A stretch of 64,000 bases of DNA, from the NCBI GenBank assembly GCA_002269645.1, contig NIVC01001185.1, forward strand, positions 186,001-250,000, given 5' to 3'. Positions 1 to 13,769 of this stretch are shown one piece after another. Each line of letters opens with the position of its first letter. Within the stretch, counting starts at the first letter, position 1. The DNA comes from Macrostomum lignano (lineage: Eukaryota). The notes beneath the pieces were generated by a model. It had not been told where the DNA came from. It saw nothing but the letters and a program-made list of their open reading frames with translations, and ran no database searches. The position numbers were made by a program, and so were the translations under genes.

Positions 1-150
1 CAACCTTGGGATTCACTCGGCCGTTTCTATTGGCAACACACACATGTAAGTCGCTATTGGACGGAATAGTAGTCACGTGACTGCTCTCAGCCAATAGCGA
101 CTTACATGTGTGTGTTGCCAATAGAAACGGCCGGGTGATTCCCAAGGTTG
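1..150. repeat. 60-bp inverted repeat / hairpin (MITE-like)
   Basis: Bases 1-60 are the reverse complement of 91-150 with 2 mismatches; the 30-bp spacer contains the palindrome GTCACGTGAC. The arms may extend beyond the window start. Confidence 0.8.
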
Positions 151-408
151 CGCATGTATGGTCCGACTGAATGTCTTAAAAGTATTAAAAACCTAAGAGA
201 CCATCAATGGTGACTAAGTTTATACCTCAATAATTTAGTGCCTCCCCTGTGAGGGGGGGGGGTCAAGATTGCTAGTCTAATATACTAAAAAATTTCTTAA
301 ACAAAGTCCGACTTGTAAAACCACATCGGAGCAAAGATACGTAGGTAATAAAAATAATCGATTTGGAAGCTATTAAATAAATTGTCAATCTAGTGTTTAA
401 CAGCTCAC

Positions 409-836
409 CTGCTGACAGCTACCAGCTGGTTGCTAACAAACAGCAGATCATCAACTGGGCCGGGGCTTTTCAACTCTCTAGGCGGTGCGGCGCTAACTGC
501 GGCGGCGGGGGCAGCGGCTGCGTCGGAGCCCGATCCCGTCGTCGTGTCGTCGACGCCGCCACTGCCAACGCCGCCGCCTGCCGCCGTCTCGGGCACGGCG
601 AACAGCAGGACGCGATGATCGCCGCCGGAGCTGGCCACGCCCAGCAGGCGATGATCTCGGGCGCTGGCCCCGCTAAGGCGGCCGCTGAGAGCTAGTCGGT
701 GCACGCGGTCAGGAAAAGCGCCCGGCTGACTCTGCCACACTGGCTGCCAACCGGCCGCCTCCTTCAACCGGTACAGACGGACAGCGTCGTGGGTGGCCAC
801 GGCTAGCCAGGACTGCTGGCAGCGGATCAGGGTCAC
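409..836 (-). CDS. KCTD3: KCTD3/SHKBP1-like exon 3 (start of WD40-like region)
   Basis: gcag|GTG acceptor at 837/836 and AG|gtgag donor at 409/408; peptide VTLIRCQQSWLAVATHDAVRLYRLKEAAGWQPVW...LLFVSNQLVAVS resembles the post-BTB region of KCTD3/SHKBP1. The gene continues left of this exon. Confidence 0.75.
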
Positions 837-934
837 CTGCCAGCCAGTGGCAAAAGGAAGTGGAACTTATCAAAAGGTCAAATTAGTGTGCAGACAAAGG
901 TTACTGATATACAAATACGGCTATAATGAAGCTA

Positions 935-1197
935 ATAGTATTAATAATTGAATACATCCACCCTAATGGGCAGATGTGCAACCGACAGCTCAGCCGCACC
1001 TATTGTGCGGCACAACTGAAGGCTGTGTACGGCTGTTCAGTCCAAGGACTGGGGGGGTCGCCACACATTTTAGAGCTGGGTGAACTGAAGCAATGCAGAG
1101 TTAAGTGTCTTGCTCAAGGACACAAACTGTTATGAGTGGGTCGAGAATCGAACCCCCGACCTTTCAGTCGAGAGTCCGATACTCGAACCATTAGGCT
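935..1197 (-). mobile_element. tRNA-derived CORE-type SINE, copy 1 (in KCTD3 intron)
   Basis: Minus-strand tRNA-like head with A box TAGCCTAATGG and B box GGTTCGATTC, followed by TGTGTCCTTGAGCAAGACACTTAACTCTGCATTGCTTCAGTTCACCCAGCTCTAAAATG, which resembles the CORE domain; second copy near 21163-21475. Confidence 0.75.
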
Positions 1198-1240
1198 ACA
1201 ACCCATTTTGGCTGAAGCTACAAATAATAAAGCTACACAC

Positions 1241-1568
1241 CTCCTGTCCATCGATAGCGCTGATATGAGCATGAAAATAGACACTGCCGCAGGCGCCATA
1301 GTAGGCCTCCTCACAGAGGCTCAGCTTCCTAGACAGGCATGTGACTCCATAGAATTCGGCTTCATTTTTCAGTGCCAACCAATCAACATTATCGCTGCTA
1401 GGCAGGTCCCTGGTGCGCAGGTAGTTAAGGATCAGGGAGAATAGCTTGGGATCGCGATCGATAAAGATGGCGCCAGTCTCGTCTCGCTGAGTGTCCAGAC
1501 TGCCATTGAGCAACGCTCGAAAAAATGTGTCTGGGATAGATAACAGAGTCTGCTGCGATGTTGAGAAC
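1241..1568 (-). CDS. KCTD3: KCTD3/SHKBP1-like exon 2 (BTB/T1 domain)
   Basis: FSTSQQTLLSIPDTFF...IFIDRDPKLFSLILNYLRT...EAEFYGV...LCEE..CGSVYFH is a KCTD-type BTB domain; ag|G acceptor at 1569/1568 and GAG|gtgtgt donor at 1241/1240; phases join exons 1 and 3. Confidence 0.85.
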
Positions 1569-1655
1569 CTGTTAAGTAACAATTATTGCATTGTCATCAT
1601 ATTTCTAAAAAAAATAGTCGAAAAATGCTACAAGTTATCATTTTAATTAGCTTAC

Positions 1656-1708
1656 CTTTTCCCACCAACATTAAAGTTGATAATATCTGATTTAATGCTA
1701 TTTGGCAT
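1656..1708 (-). CDS. KCTD3: KCTD3/SHKBP1-like exon 1
   Basis: ATG at 1708 gives MPNSIKSDIINFNVGGK, then AG|gtaag; an 87-bp intron restores the BTB start NVGGKRFSTS. Confidence 0.8.
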
Positions 1709-3500
1709 CACAATCTTTGAGCTAAAATGTTAAAAAAGTATCAATTTAAACTAATACCTTATTTATATTGGGCTAAAAAGATCTATATATTATTCAAGAA
1801 TGAAGTATAAGGCCTGGATGATATCCAGAATTCTATTATAATTATGGCTATAGCTATAGCTATAAAATGTTATGGGTGACTAAATAAAATGGCTAGCTAT
1901 ACAAATGGCCTATTTGGAAGGCCTAGTGGAACTCTAACAATATTGAACAATTTTCACAATTATTTATTTAGCCTCTTTCTCATACATTTAATTGTAGATC
2001 TTAAACAAATTTCTGAATAGAAATTACTTTACTATAGAGGATAAAATATTTTACCTAGTGAATAGTGATTCAAGAAATTAGAGATGATAAGAATTCTAAT
2101 AAATTTATTAGATATAAGACAAGCTAAAATGCAACTTGCTTCACTATATATTGGTATAAAAAAGTTGAATACCTTGTGCATAAGATTTTTTCTATAATTA
2201 CATTAGAAATATTTTGATTTAGGTCAATACAACATAAGTTTCCAGAAATATGTAATACAAGGGTCACAAACTCTAGCCTATGGGCCACATGTGGCCCTTG
2301 AAGCCTCTCTATCTGGCCCTCAGGTCCTTTGAAACCTCACAATAGCAATCTAGCCCACTCAAGGTTTGTGTCTCTGCTTAGTTCTTTCTTTTCTCTTTCT
2401 CTTCTCATCTCTCTTTTTTTCTATTCCCTTTTCCCTCTCTTATTCTTTCCTCTCCCTTTCATCATTTTATTTTTAAGCTAGCTTACTAGTGCATAACTAA
2501 GATGGCCACATACCAAGATGGCCATAGCTCTAAATGTCTAAATATGTAATAATAAGCCTAGGGTTAGGTCTATTATATACATTTCACTTATTTCCTATTA
2601 GTATTAACTTGTAGGTATAGATCTTCAAGTCTTAGGTTGATAGATGCTATAATGGAATTGTATTACATAATATAATCATTCTATTTGGCTTTAGCTTTTA
2701 TTATAGCTTGACATAGATATTTATTCAATAAATAAAGCAAATAGCCTAGCACAAAATAAATACCTTGTTGTATATTCATCCCATTTTTTGAATAGCATTA
2801 GGCCTTACCATAAGCAATGGTTTCTTGATAAACTGAGAGTGATAGATTTAGATTTGATAGATATAATGATAGGGAATAAATTGACACAAACAATAAAAAA
2901 GATAAAAGTTTTTGTATTATGGGTAATTAGTTTGAAATCTTTTATAATATCAGTATTTATAAATAGGCAGTTGTTATTTGTCCAGTGACCAGAAATAGTG
3001 ATAGGCCTATGGTTATTTGTCCAGTTATAGGATAATGACCATGCTTTCCTATTTATCTAGTTAATACCAGACAAAAGTCATTTTGTTATTTGTCTGGTTA
3101 AATTGATAATGCTAAAATATCTATTTCATAGAAACTACAAAGTACAAGGGTAAATGTTCCTAGACTTCAAAGACTTCTTACTTGTATCTTGATTATTATA
3201 TTGTTATACTAGTCTAGTGTGTGTCTTATATTCTAAATTATGCCAAATTGAATATACTGCTTTGCTTATACTAGTATACAAGAAAATATTAATCAGTACA
3301 CAAGAAAAGGGCTGAGGGCGAACCCTACCAGCCAACCCAATGATGACACTGCCACCAGCAACCAAATAAATAATCCACCATCGGCGAACCAACCTGTTAA
3401 CCTGCACATTATTTAAATCAACCTGCACCACGCTCTTGCAGCATCTAGCAACCTTTCAGGCACCTTTGCCAACAAGGAAGTTGACATCTACCTTATCTAG

Positions 3501-3701
<201 letters not shown>

Positions 3702-6113
3702 TAGGATAGGAAGATGTCCCTCCCCCCCTCCTGCAAGAGCTGGCGGACTTCTGTAACCTCCAGGACTGGAAGTTTATTGTTAGCTGCGATGCAAATGCCC
3801 ACAACACTGCCTGGTCTAGTAGTGATACTAACAGGTGCGGTGACTTACTAATTGATTTCATTAACTCCTCCTCGTTACACATTTGTAACAGGGGCAGCAA
3901 ACCTACATTTATTGTTTCTAACCGGCGTGAGGTTATTGATCTCACTCTCGCTTCCAACAACACCCTCAATCAGGTCCAGAACTGGCTGGTTAGGGATGAC
4001 TTTCCATCGCTTTCCGACCACTCGTACATCCACTACAGCATCAGCTCTGTCGGAGCCTGCCATGAAAACCAAGACCGCCTTAATTTGAAGAAGGCCGACT
4101 AGACAGGTTTTCGAAGAGACCTGCTAAAACTCCTAACCGAAGCCAATTTACCGGACTCCAGCGAGGATCTCCCTGGCATTGAGCATCGGTGCAACTCCCT
4201 CATTGAGATCCTAAACACTGCCATACGTGCTAACGCCCCTAAGTCGTATTGCAGGAAGAAATACTCTCCTTGGTGGAGTCAAGAGCTCACTCGCATGAAG
4301 AAGAACACCCGCCGATTGCAACGCCTTGCAAACGGCTTGAATACCCTAGAGGATTGGGAGAACTACCACTCTGCACTGACAGTGTACAAAAGTACTATCC
4401 GAAGGGCTAAGAAGACCACCTGGAAGGCTTACTGCGCCAGCCTGGAAGGACAGCACCCCACGGCCCAGCTGGTCAGGTCTCTCAGGCACAACACGCTCGC
4501 TCAGTGTAACTCCCTTCTGTATCTAGATAGTAATTACACTACCAGTGCCAAAGGTTTGCTAAATCTTCTTTATTCCACCTGCTTTCCACAGGTTGACAAA
4601 CCGGAGTACGTGGTTGAAGACCACAGACCATGTGACCATCCGCTTTTCCAGCAGTGCGCCACCCCCTGGCTGCTCCAGCTGGCGGCAAATTCCTTTAAAC
4701 GGTATAAATTGCCTGGCCATGACAATATTGCCCCCTGTATTCTTTAGGAGGCGCTAAAGCTGCAAAACTTTACTGATTCTCTCTCTAAATTACTTGTTGA
4801 CTGTTTTACTACAGGTTACATTCCCACAATCTGGAGAATGTCCAGAGTCATGTTCATCCCAAAACCCGCCAAGGGTGACTACACCAATGTGAAATCCTTC
4901 CAGCCCATCAGCCTCACTTCCTTTTGTGTTAAGCTGATGGAGAGGCTCATCCTGTGGAGGCTTCGAGAGTGCAAATTGTGCTCCGACCCCGTCAGTAAGT
5001 ACCAGTATGCCTTCCAGCCCAGAAAGACAACTGAGCATGCTCTCCATGCCATTACCTCCAAGATCGAGAGTGCCATCCTTAGCAAACAACTTGCTTGCAG
5101 GATGTTTGTTGACTTGAAGGAGCCTTTGACAATGTCCTTTTTTGCTCCTTCAGAAACTCTCTTTCCCGCAGGAATGTGAGACACAGCATTGTTCGCTGGA
5201 TATATTTTATGATCTGCAATAGGTTTGCGACATCTACGCTTATGGGCGTTACCTACACCCGAGTGGTGATGAAAGACGGCCCGCAAGGTGGCGTGCTAAC
5301 TCCACTTCTTTGGAATCTCGTCATGGACGAACTTCTAACCGCTGACATTCCCAGCAGTATCACCAGGGCGGGCTACGCTGATGACGTTGCCGCGGTCGTC
5401 AGCGGACCTGACCCCGCCACTCTGCGCAACCTGATGCAACAATTCGCCGACAAGGCGGCTGACTAGGCCACGCAACATGGCCTAAAAATCAGCGTCACGA
5501 AGACTGTCGCTGTCGTTTTCACCAAACGCCGTGCGTGGGAGATGAAAAACCTCACTGTCTATGGCAGAACCATCCCCTTCAAGAAGGAGGTCAAATACCT
5601 TGATAACGTTATCGGTTGGGCAAAATGCTGCTTTGCCCAGCTGCACAAAGCCATCGGGCCAACCTGGGGCCTCTCGCCTAGAACAGTCCGTTGGATTTAT
5701 ACCGGCATCATCCGGCCCAGTATCACATACGCGAGTCTCATCTGGACTAGCGTGCTGGAGCAGAAGACTGCCATCAGCGCCTACACCAGCTGCAGGGCAG
5801 CATTTGTTGTGCTGTCACAGGTGCGTACCCATCTACCCCTTACAAGGGGCTGAACACTATCCTTAATCTCCCTCCGCTTCACCTATTTATTAGGGCGGAG
5901 GCTATGAAGTCCGCCTCCCGACTTATCAGAGATAAAATGTTAAATAACGTACCCTCTGGCTTTGTGCCAATGAAAACCTTAATCCCGCATATGGACTTTG
6001 TCTGCCGCGACCTCAACAACATCCACATGGACCTGGGCAATGTGGACAGTCAACTCCCTGCCCTCAACATCAGGAGGGGCTTCCAGACCAGCATCCCTGG
6101 CCGAGACAGCATT

Positions 6114-7663
6114 TTTTTAGAGGCAGGGGGGGGGTTGTGTGCACCCTGGCGCAATTTAAGCGTCATTGGCACACAACCAGCGAGAGGCATTACTGTCCAT
6201 TCCGCTGACTCCCCTGGGAGTACGACGTTTGCTTGCGGGAAGTTTGCTTGCCGAACTTTGCTTGCAGGAATTTTGCTTGCCGAACTTTGCTTGCCGAACT
6301 TTGCTTGTCGAACTTTGCTTGCCGAAGTTTGCTTGCAAATTTTGCCTGCCGAACTTTGCTTGCCGAACTTTGCTTGTGGAATTTTGCTTGCTGAAGTTTG
6401 CTTGCCGAACTTTGCTTGCTGAACTTTGCTTGCAGGAAATTTGCTTGCAGGAACTTTGCCTGCCGAAGTTTGCTTGCCGAGCTTTGCTTGCAGGAATTTT
6501 GCTTGCCGAACTTTGCTTGCGAAATTTTGATGTCTGCTTTCTAGAAATTTGCAATCACACAATCGCAAGGTTTTAACTTGCAGAATTATTTTCTTGTTTG
6601 CTTGCTTGTTTTGATTGCTTGTAAAGTTGGTCAGTCAATTATTACTTACTACAGATGCTTTGCAGGTGGATTCTTATCAGGGTCGACGTAAACTGACTTG
6701 ACACTAAGCTTTCAAAATAGGCTTATAGAGTTTCATTCTAAGAATGTAGTATATAGAATGCTTAGAGATTTAGTATAGGTAGATAGGGATTGGTAACAGT
6801 ATAAATCTATGTAGTTCCTGATTTTAGCACGATTGAGCAGGTATGATAATTGCAGTGATGCTAATGTATAATAATGCATATACTAATAATATTTTAGTAT
6901 ATAAAATGTAGTTAATAATCCGCCATATCCTCATACAAAATCATAACACTATAGGCGACTTCTACAAATCTTAGAAAATGAAAATTAGAAATGCAAGAGC
7001 TCAAAAATAGGTTTCTTTAAGGTTCCGCATAACTTTGGCTGGCAAACCTCGCAAGAAAATTTCCTGCAAGCAAAGTTCGGCAAGCAAATTTCCTGCAAGC
7101 AAACTTCGGCAAGCTTATGTGCAGCAAGCAAATTTCCTGCAAGCAAAATTCGACAAGCAAAGTTTGGCAAGCAAAGCTTGGCAAGCAAACTTCGGCAGGC
7201 AAAATTCTGCAAGCAAAGTTCGGCAAGCAGACTTTGGCAAGCAAAATTCCGCAAGCAAAGTTCGGCAAGCAGACTTTGGCAAGCAAAATTCTGCAAGCAA
7301 AATTCGGCAAGCAGACTTTGGCAAGCAAATTTCCGCAAGCAAAAGTCCCGCAAGCAAACTTTGGCAAGCAAACTTCTCGCAAGCAAATTTCATAGACCCG
7401 ACTCCCCTGAGCAGGCATACAAGCGCGCGGATACGTTACGCAGGCACACACTCACACAGGAGTGTATAGCGGCCCTAACTTTATCAATTGTTAGGCATGT
7501 ACACTTCACTGCGCCTTGGGGGGTTGGCTCTCAAGGCCGTTAATTGCACAAGCAAGCCAAGCCAAGATTCCAATCCAGCCCCAAATTAATGTGGCTGCAC
7601 TTGGAATCGAGCCTGGGTCGCGGCACACCAGAGCAGCTGCGCTACCGCTGGGCTACAGCCCCC
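6114..7663 (-). mobile_element. tRNA-derived SINE inserted in the LINE, itself split by a foldback element
   Basis: Minus-strand head GGGGGCTGTAGCCCAGCGGTAG...GGCTCGATTCC from 7663, short A tail near 6114, 16-bp direct repeat TGGCC(G/A)AGACAGCATT at 6098-6113 and 7665-7680. Removing the insert restores the LINE frame ([15 protein letters not shown]...TDGS). Confidence 0.75.
6217..7399. mobile_element. Non-autonomous foldback / MULE-like element with inverted arrays of short units
   Basis: TTTGCTTGC-rich array at 6228-6525 mirrored by a GCAAGCAAA array at 7050-7390; AT-rich non-coding core; 10-bp direct repeat GACTCCCCTG at 6207-6216 and 7400-7409. Confidence 0.75.
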
Positions 7664-8478
7664 TTGGCCAAGACAGCATTCTGCTGGATGTTGGCATGAA
7701 CCAGCGCAGCCAGGGCATTCACTGCTTCACCGACGGCTCGCTGTTCAACGGCCGCGCTGGAGCGGGTATTGCCATTTTCCACGAGGGTAAGATGCTTCTC
7801 CAGGAAAGTCTGCACCTTGGTAAGAACACCTCAGTTTTCCAAGCTGAAATTTGCACCATTGAGCAGTGGGCCCAGCAACTGCTTCAGGCGAACATTAATA
7901 ACTCTAATATTAATTTCTACACTGATAGCCAAGCTGCTATTAAGGCCTTAACCACTGAGAATATCTCCGCTGCTACAGTATCTCAATGCAACCGCAGTAT
8001 GCAATCTCTCTTAGTCCTTAACAGGATTAGAATTATCTGGACACCCGGTCATAGCAACATCCTGGGCAACGAGCTCGCGGACTCTCTCGCCAAGGAGGGC
8101 AGCAACCTAGATGGCAACCACCGTCTGATGAGGCTATCTACTCCCAGGTTGCAAGTCACCAGCCATATCCACAGGTGGCTCCATGAGCAGCACCAGCTCC
8201 ACTGGAACAGCTGCACCGAGTATAGGCAGAGCCGCTCTGCCATGCCTAACCTGAACAGGAAAGTCTCTGATTATCTGATTTTGCTTAACAGAACCGACCT
8301 CAAGGAGATGTGCATGGTCCTAACCGGCCATGGATTCTTCCAGAGACATATCTCGTTGCAGACCGGTTGCCCTCCTACCTGTCCCTTCTGTGGCATAGGA
8401 GAGGAGACCGCGGAGCATCACGTCACCTTCTGCCCTTACTTCAACAAGGTGCGGCACAAATACATCGGCCACCCCTAG

Positions 8479-8616
<138 letters not shown>

Positions 8617-10020
8617 TAATCCTTGTGCTCTTTTACCTTGGGGTTGCGATAGGGGCCTCATGGCCTATTTGCGGCGCCTGCGCCCCCTGTCAGTAGTAAG
8701 TAAGTAAGTAAGTACATAAGAAAAGGTCTTAAAAATATAGAATATTCATCACAAAACAAATAGACACTTATGTTAGCAATTTAACTAGACAAATAGCAAA
8801 AAGGCTATTTGTCTAGTCACTGGACAAATAACAACTACCTTATAAATATTATTGATTAAACATAATAATTAATATACCAATAACTATTAAGTTGCTGATT
8901 AATAGTAGAGAGTAAATATAATTAAGCTTCAATATTGTGGCCATCTTGGTGTGTGGCCATCTTGGTCTTACACCAGCTTACTAGGCTATAATTAAAGGTA
9001 GCAATTAAAATTCAAAGGTAGGCCTTATCTTTTAGGCCTATTAATTGGCTAAATAAGCAAAAGGCTAAGTCAAGTGTAATATATATTTAAAGCTATGCAA
9101 TTTTTTAATAGCAGGCCTATCTATGCTGCTAGCACCTATGCTATGGGCTAGGCCTTTGGCTAGGCCTAGGCCCCTATACCGATACCATAGGCTATGGGTT
9201 GAGGCTTTGGCCCATAGACATAGCTACTAAATAAATAGAGATAATAAGCCCTAATAAGACTTGATTTGCAGGAAAAAACAAATAATGATTAATGACTAAT
9301 GTAGGCAGTAGGCCTATTGTATGTTTGAATTTAAATATTTCAATTTAGGCCTAATAAAATTTCAAACATAATTTTTTAATCATTTGTCATTAGATTAGAA
9401 TGAGCTTGGCAAGTTGATAAGAGAGTCATAAATTAAACCTTAAAACATGTTTTCAAGATTGCCTAATATTATATATTTAATAGGCTTAAGTCTAAGAACG
9501 AGCTGATGCCTGCTTTAACATTAAAATAACACTATATAAATATGTCAAACAGCTCAGGATTAGGAATACTGAATAGATAGCCACATAGACGTAGCTAAGT
9601 TAGCTAACTGGCCTAAACTGTACTGTTTAGTCAATAGTCTGCCTTACTTTAATTGATAAACTATTGGAGTTGTTGCAGTTTCAGAATTTAGTTTCAGTTT
9701 AGCTTAAAATAGCGCCGAGCAGGCGGCGGCGCGAAAGTTTGTACAATCTCTAGATTTTTAACGAGACTGTATTTACTTAAATTGCTGCCAAATGTAGCAC
9801 CGCGCCGACAAAGCTTTTTTAATCGTTTTCATCTTAATTGAAACGCAGCAATATTTTCCGAAAAAGGAAAAAGCTAAAAAAGTATTCGATTGGTGCAATA
9901 TAAGCGGAATACGTTTTATATAGGCTCTTACGCATGTTTTTATTTTTTTCAAAAGTGAAATTTGTTTCCAATAGGTTTATAGCTCTGATTCACTAGGGAC
10001 TATGCAAGCAGCATTGATCT

Positions 10021-12600
10021 TTTTATTATTGGCACGCAGAGGGGCAGCCCTTTGTGCGCACGCGCTCGCAGAACGGGCTGTAGGGGCAGGCAGCAGCAGC
10101 CTGAGGGGTCAGCGCAAGCGCCTGCAAGTCAGCGATGAGGTAGTCTGTTAGAGTGGCAGTGCGGGCCTGGCCACGGCGCAATTGCTTGGTCGGCCGGTGC
10201 AGCAGCAAGGCCAGGGCCAGAGGAACGGGCGCACCGCGGCCCAGGGTCCGTAGGCAGTGGCCCAACAGCATCTGACGGCGCCGGAGCAGGGTACCGCTCA
10301 GGGGCGGGAGTTAATTTTCGATCCAGCGCGGGCCATCAGAACGTTAGTCGGCAGGCGCTCCGGGTAATGCACGCCCAGCGCGTAGCGCAGCAGCGATCGG
10401 TAGAGCGCGTCCAGGGGTCGCTCTCGCGTCTCGGTCAGCGGCACAGGAGGATCGGCTCTACGGCGCATCTTCAGGTCGTCTCTGGCAGCTGAATTAAAGA
10501 CGTTCCTGATCAGTTGGGGCGCGGCGCGGCAGGCCTTGTGGTTCCTCCTGTCGAAGACAATCGCATCGGGGTTCATCGCCAGGGCGCCCAAGGTACCGGA
10601 GTCCTCGCATACCGCGATGCCGTCTCCATTGGGCAGCGTGAGAGTTAGGGCGGTATTCGTGCCTACATGCGCAGCACCTCCGTCTTGCGAGCATTCAACA
10701 GCAGCCCAACAGGGGCACTTCGTCGCAATGCCTTGTGAGAGTGCGCTGGGCAGCAGCTGGATCGCGGCAGAGCAGCGCGATGTCGACAGCATACGAGCCT
10801 GGGGCTTCCTACCAGCCAGCTGGTTGATGGCCCTCCAGGCAGCACTAATGGCGGCAGTTGTCAGTGGCGAGTTGTAATTCGCTCACAGCCTCTTCAATGA
10901 TCACTTCAGTCCGCTGGGCGTAGATGCGCTACAGCTCGTCCCTGGCAGCACTGGCCTGGTCGCTGTGATGGCCGTGGAGTGCAGCAGTGCTCTGCAAATG
11001 CCGCCTTTCCTGGGAGATGATGAGATCGCGGTTCCACAGGGCCTTGGATGGTTTGCCTGTCTCCGTGGGAGAAGCGCTGCAGCATCCTCGACGGCATGAT
11101 AGAAAGACTCGATGACTCGGCTGGAGCAGAAGTAGCGGAAAGCAGCTTGCGAAGGAAGGCCTGCCGCGTTTTCGGGTTTCTCAGGTCGGCCCAGAGCGGG
11201 TGAGGCGGCGCAGGCCGGAGCTTTTGCCAGTGCAGATCAAAGTCGCATGCCACCAGGCGATGATCAGATTTAACGCAGTCGGGCGGATGTTGAGGACTCT
11301 GCGCACCCTGCACTGGAGCTCAGGACAGTAGGGCAGATAATTCAGTCCAGCCGAGTGGTTCGCCCGTTGCGGCCAAAGAAAGTTGGAAGCTTACTGAAGC
11401 GCTGTCGTATGGTGCCATTGAGAGCCATCAGATCTCTGGCCTGGATAAAACTGGATAGGAAAGGTGAGTTGGCATTGGGGATGCCACAGCTGTTCTTCAC
11501 CAGGCGGCCGTTGGCTGGCAATCGCGAGTTTAACTTATCAGCAACAATGACAGAATCACGAGCTGGGATGGTATCAAGCATGCAGCCCAGAGTGTCGTTA
11601 AGGGCTTCTGTCTCAGATGGATCTTTGCTGGTCCAGTGGGGGGGTGTTGGGCATAGACGCAGATGATGTGAAGCCGCCGCCTGTCTTTCCCAGCAAAGGA
11701 GGCGTGTCCCAGGCGCTCAGATGAACCTGATGTCCAGCAGCGCTCTGGAAGTGGCGGGCGAGAGCAGGAAGCTGATACCTCCAGTTCCCTGCGGAGTGGC
11801 TGGGGCAGCCTTGAACTATCAGCTTAGGCCCAGATCCACAGTCTCATCAGAGTTCTGCCGCCGATGTTCTTGAACTGCCAGGATGGAGATGTTGAGGTCG
11901 GTTGCCAGCCTTGTCAGTTCCTGCAGTCTCCATGTCTGACTGAGAGTGTGGGCATTGAAGGTGGCGACCCGAATCTGGTTGTAAAAATGCGGCCGCCGGA
12001 TTACTGTTAGCAGAAGGGCGAGGTGCAGCATCGGCTTTAGGATTGCTTGCGCCTTTCCTTGGGCCTCAGACTGCGCCCGCTCTTGCCGGAGATGCCGGGG
12101 CTGGCAGTAGCCTTCCATTTCGCAGACTTTCCTAGGCGCAGCTTGAGCTTGAGGTCACCCAGCTGGAAAGAAGATCCAATAGCACTCCACACTTTTTGAA
12201 GCTGATCAGTGTTCCAGTCCTTGTCGCGACCCTGGATGATCCTCCCGGGATTTTTGCCTTGGCCTTTGCCGCAAAGGTAGCTCCCGAAGGAACCTCCTTG
12301 TTGGCAGTGGCAATTTTTTGCGCCGTGGTTTCGGCCTCAGCAGCCGCAGCAGCATCTCTAGGGAGCCCCGCCGCTGAACTGCTGGAGCTTCCACCGGCCG
12401 GCCCGTCTGGTTGCCTTGGGAAGCCAGTCGCTTCAGCGCTTCAACACTCGCGGGGACGGGTACCCCTGGGTCGACTTGCGAGACAGCTTGGGGGAGGGGT
12501 CTGCGGCTGCGAGAGGCAAATAGAAGGTGCAGACCTCCCCCCGACCTTTATCTGCTGAAGATGGGGGCAGGCGTGAAGCATCGCAGACCTTAGTCCTTAG
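10021..12600 (-). mobile_element. RTE-like non-LTR element, degenerate, RT core apparently deleted
   Basis: APE motifs VATFNAHTL, ILAVQEHR and SDHRLV (11270-11980); post-RT C-terminal segment LDALYRSLLRYALG (~10370); (AAT)-type tail near 10021. No PQG/YADD motifs seen between them. Confidence 0.7.
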
Positions 12601-12956
12601 GCCTGATTTGTCTCATACTTCACTGGCATGCTGAATACGCCTTTTGCGAACTTCTATGAGGAGTCTCAGCACTTTGAGGCAATTTTTAATCAATTCAACT
12701 AAGCCAGTGAACTGTCAAGTCGGAATGGGTTACATCATCCTGTTCGCAGTCACCGCTGTCTACTCTATACTTAGCAAAATAAGTCGAGAAAAATAAGTCG
12801 GGGTTTTTGTTTGACCGTCCTGGTTGCCAACTGGCTTTTGCATCTTGTACATTTTTTTGGTTAATTAAGGTTAAAAAACTAGATTCCTTGTGTTAGTAAA
12901 TCGAGTATTTTACTAAAAAATTTTTATTTTAAGTTCGTATTGAAACTCCACAAAAA

Positions 12957-13769
12957 ATTCCATCCGGCATTCTCGTTGCCCAGTTCGAGCCGGCCTCTCT
13001 CCGCTGCAGTCTCTTCCGCTACCAGTCCGTGTGTCGCGACCTTGTCTCTGGCGGTGCGAGCAGCGACTGCCGAGTGCTCATCCGATTTCCGATCAAATAT
13101 CCGGCTCAGCTCAACCCGAAGCTCACAAACGTGTGGCTCGGAGACGACATGTCTGCATTTGAGAATGTCGTGTGCCAGGCTGACGAAGAGACCAACCGAA
13201 TTTATCCGGTCGGAGTCCAGTGGACAGAGGAGGGCGCCGCGTTCGATGGGAGCAGCTCGTTTCTGGCCATGAACAAGAGCGACATCGGGTTCGGCACAGG
13301 CGTCACGGTGCTGCTCAGGATGAAGCGGCAGCCGCAGGTGCAGCTCTTCTTCGATTTTCTAAACTGCTCTGACTTCGAAACCGGACCCTTCCACCACCGT
13401 ATCTGGGAGTTCGGCACTGCTTCTAAACTCCTTTTCGTGATCAAAACAAAAGCCGGTGCCGCTCCCACACGTTATCAATCTTCGACAACTCCGCTGACTT
13501 CGATCGCCAACGAGTGGGTGAACATCGGCTTCACATCGACTTCCACAACTGACTTTTGGGGAGCGTTCGTGAACGACGCCTTCTTGCCGACGTCTTCGTT
13601 CAGCCTGATTGTTAATTCTAACTATACTCTGCTGCCTCAGTTCTGCTTCGGGTTCGGCAAGCGACTAAACGATCCTAGTATGTTCAAAGGAACTATGCGG
13701 GCCATCGCCATGAGCAGCGTCACCATGTCTGAGAGCGAGATCCGCGACTTCTTTGCCGTCATCGACTGA
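12957..13769 (+). CDS. LamG/ConA-like (pentraxin-type) domain protein, copy lacking its N-terminus
   Basis: Open frame 12957-13769 with GAAFDGSSSFL, W.NIGFT and FKGTM motifs typical of LamG-like folds; homology to the minus-strand copy starts abruptly at about 12957. May be an exon or a 5'-truncated copy. Confidence 0.6.
   Translation: MPSGILVAQFEPASLRCSLFRYQSVCRDLVSGGASSDCRVLIRFPIKYPAQLNPKLTNVWLGDDMSAFENVVCQADEETNRIYPVGVQWTEEGAAFDGSSSFLAMNKSDIGFGTGVTVLLRMKRQPQVQLFFDFLNCSDFETGPFHHRIWEFGTASKLLFVIKTKAGAAPTRYQSSTTPLTSIANEWVNIGFTSTSTTDFWGAFVNDAFLPTSSFSLIVNSNYTLLPQFCFGFGKRLNDPSMFKGTMRAIAMSSVTMSESEIRDFFAVID

Noticed and set aside
1130-1197. tRNA gene (similar heads at 7590-7663 and 21410-21472)
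   Set aside because: Imperfect cloverleafs attached to SINE bodies and tails, so these are SINE heads rather than tRNA genes.
5904-7543. ORFs rich in CLPNFACR / KQSSASK repeats
   Set aside because: Artefacts of the inverted short-unit arrays of the foldback element.
12400-12600. HDV-like ribozyme at the 5' end of the RTE-like element (also checked near 19080-19200)
   Set aside because: Stems are present, but I could not assemble P1.1 and J4/2 in the right order by eye.
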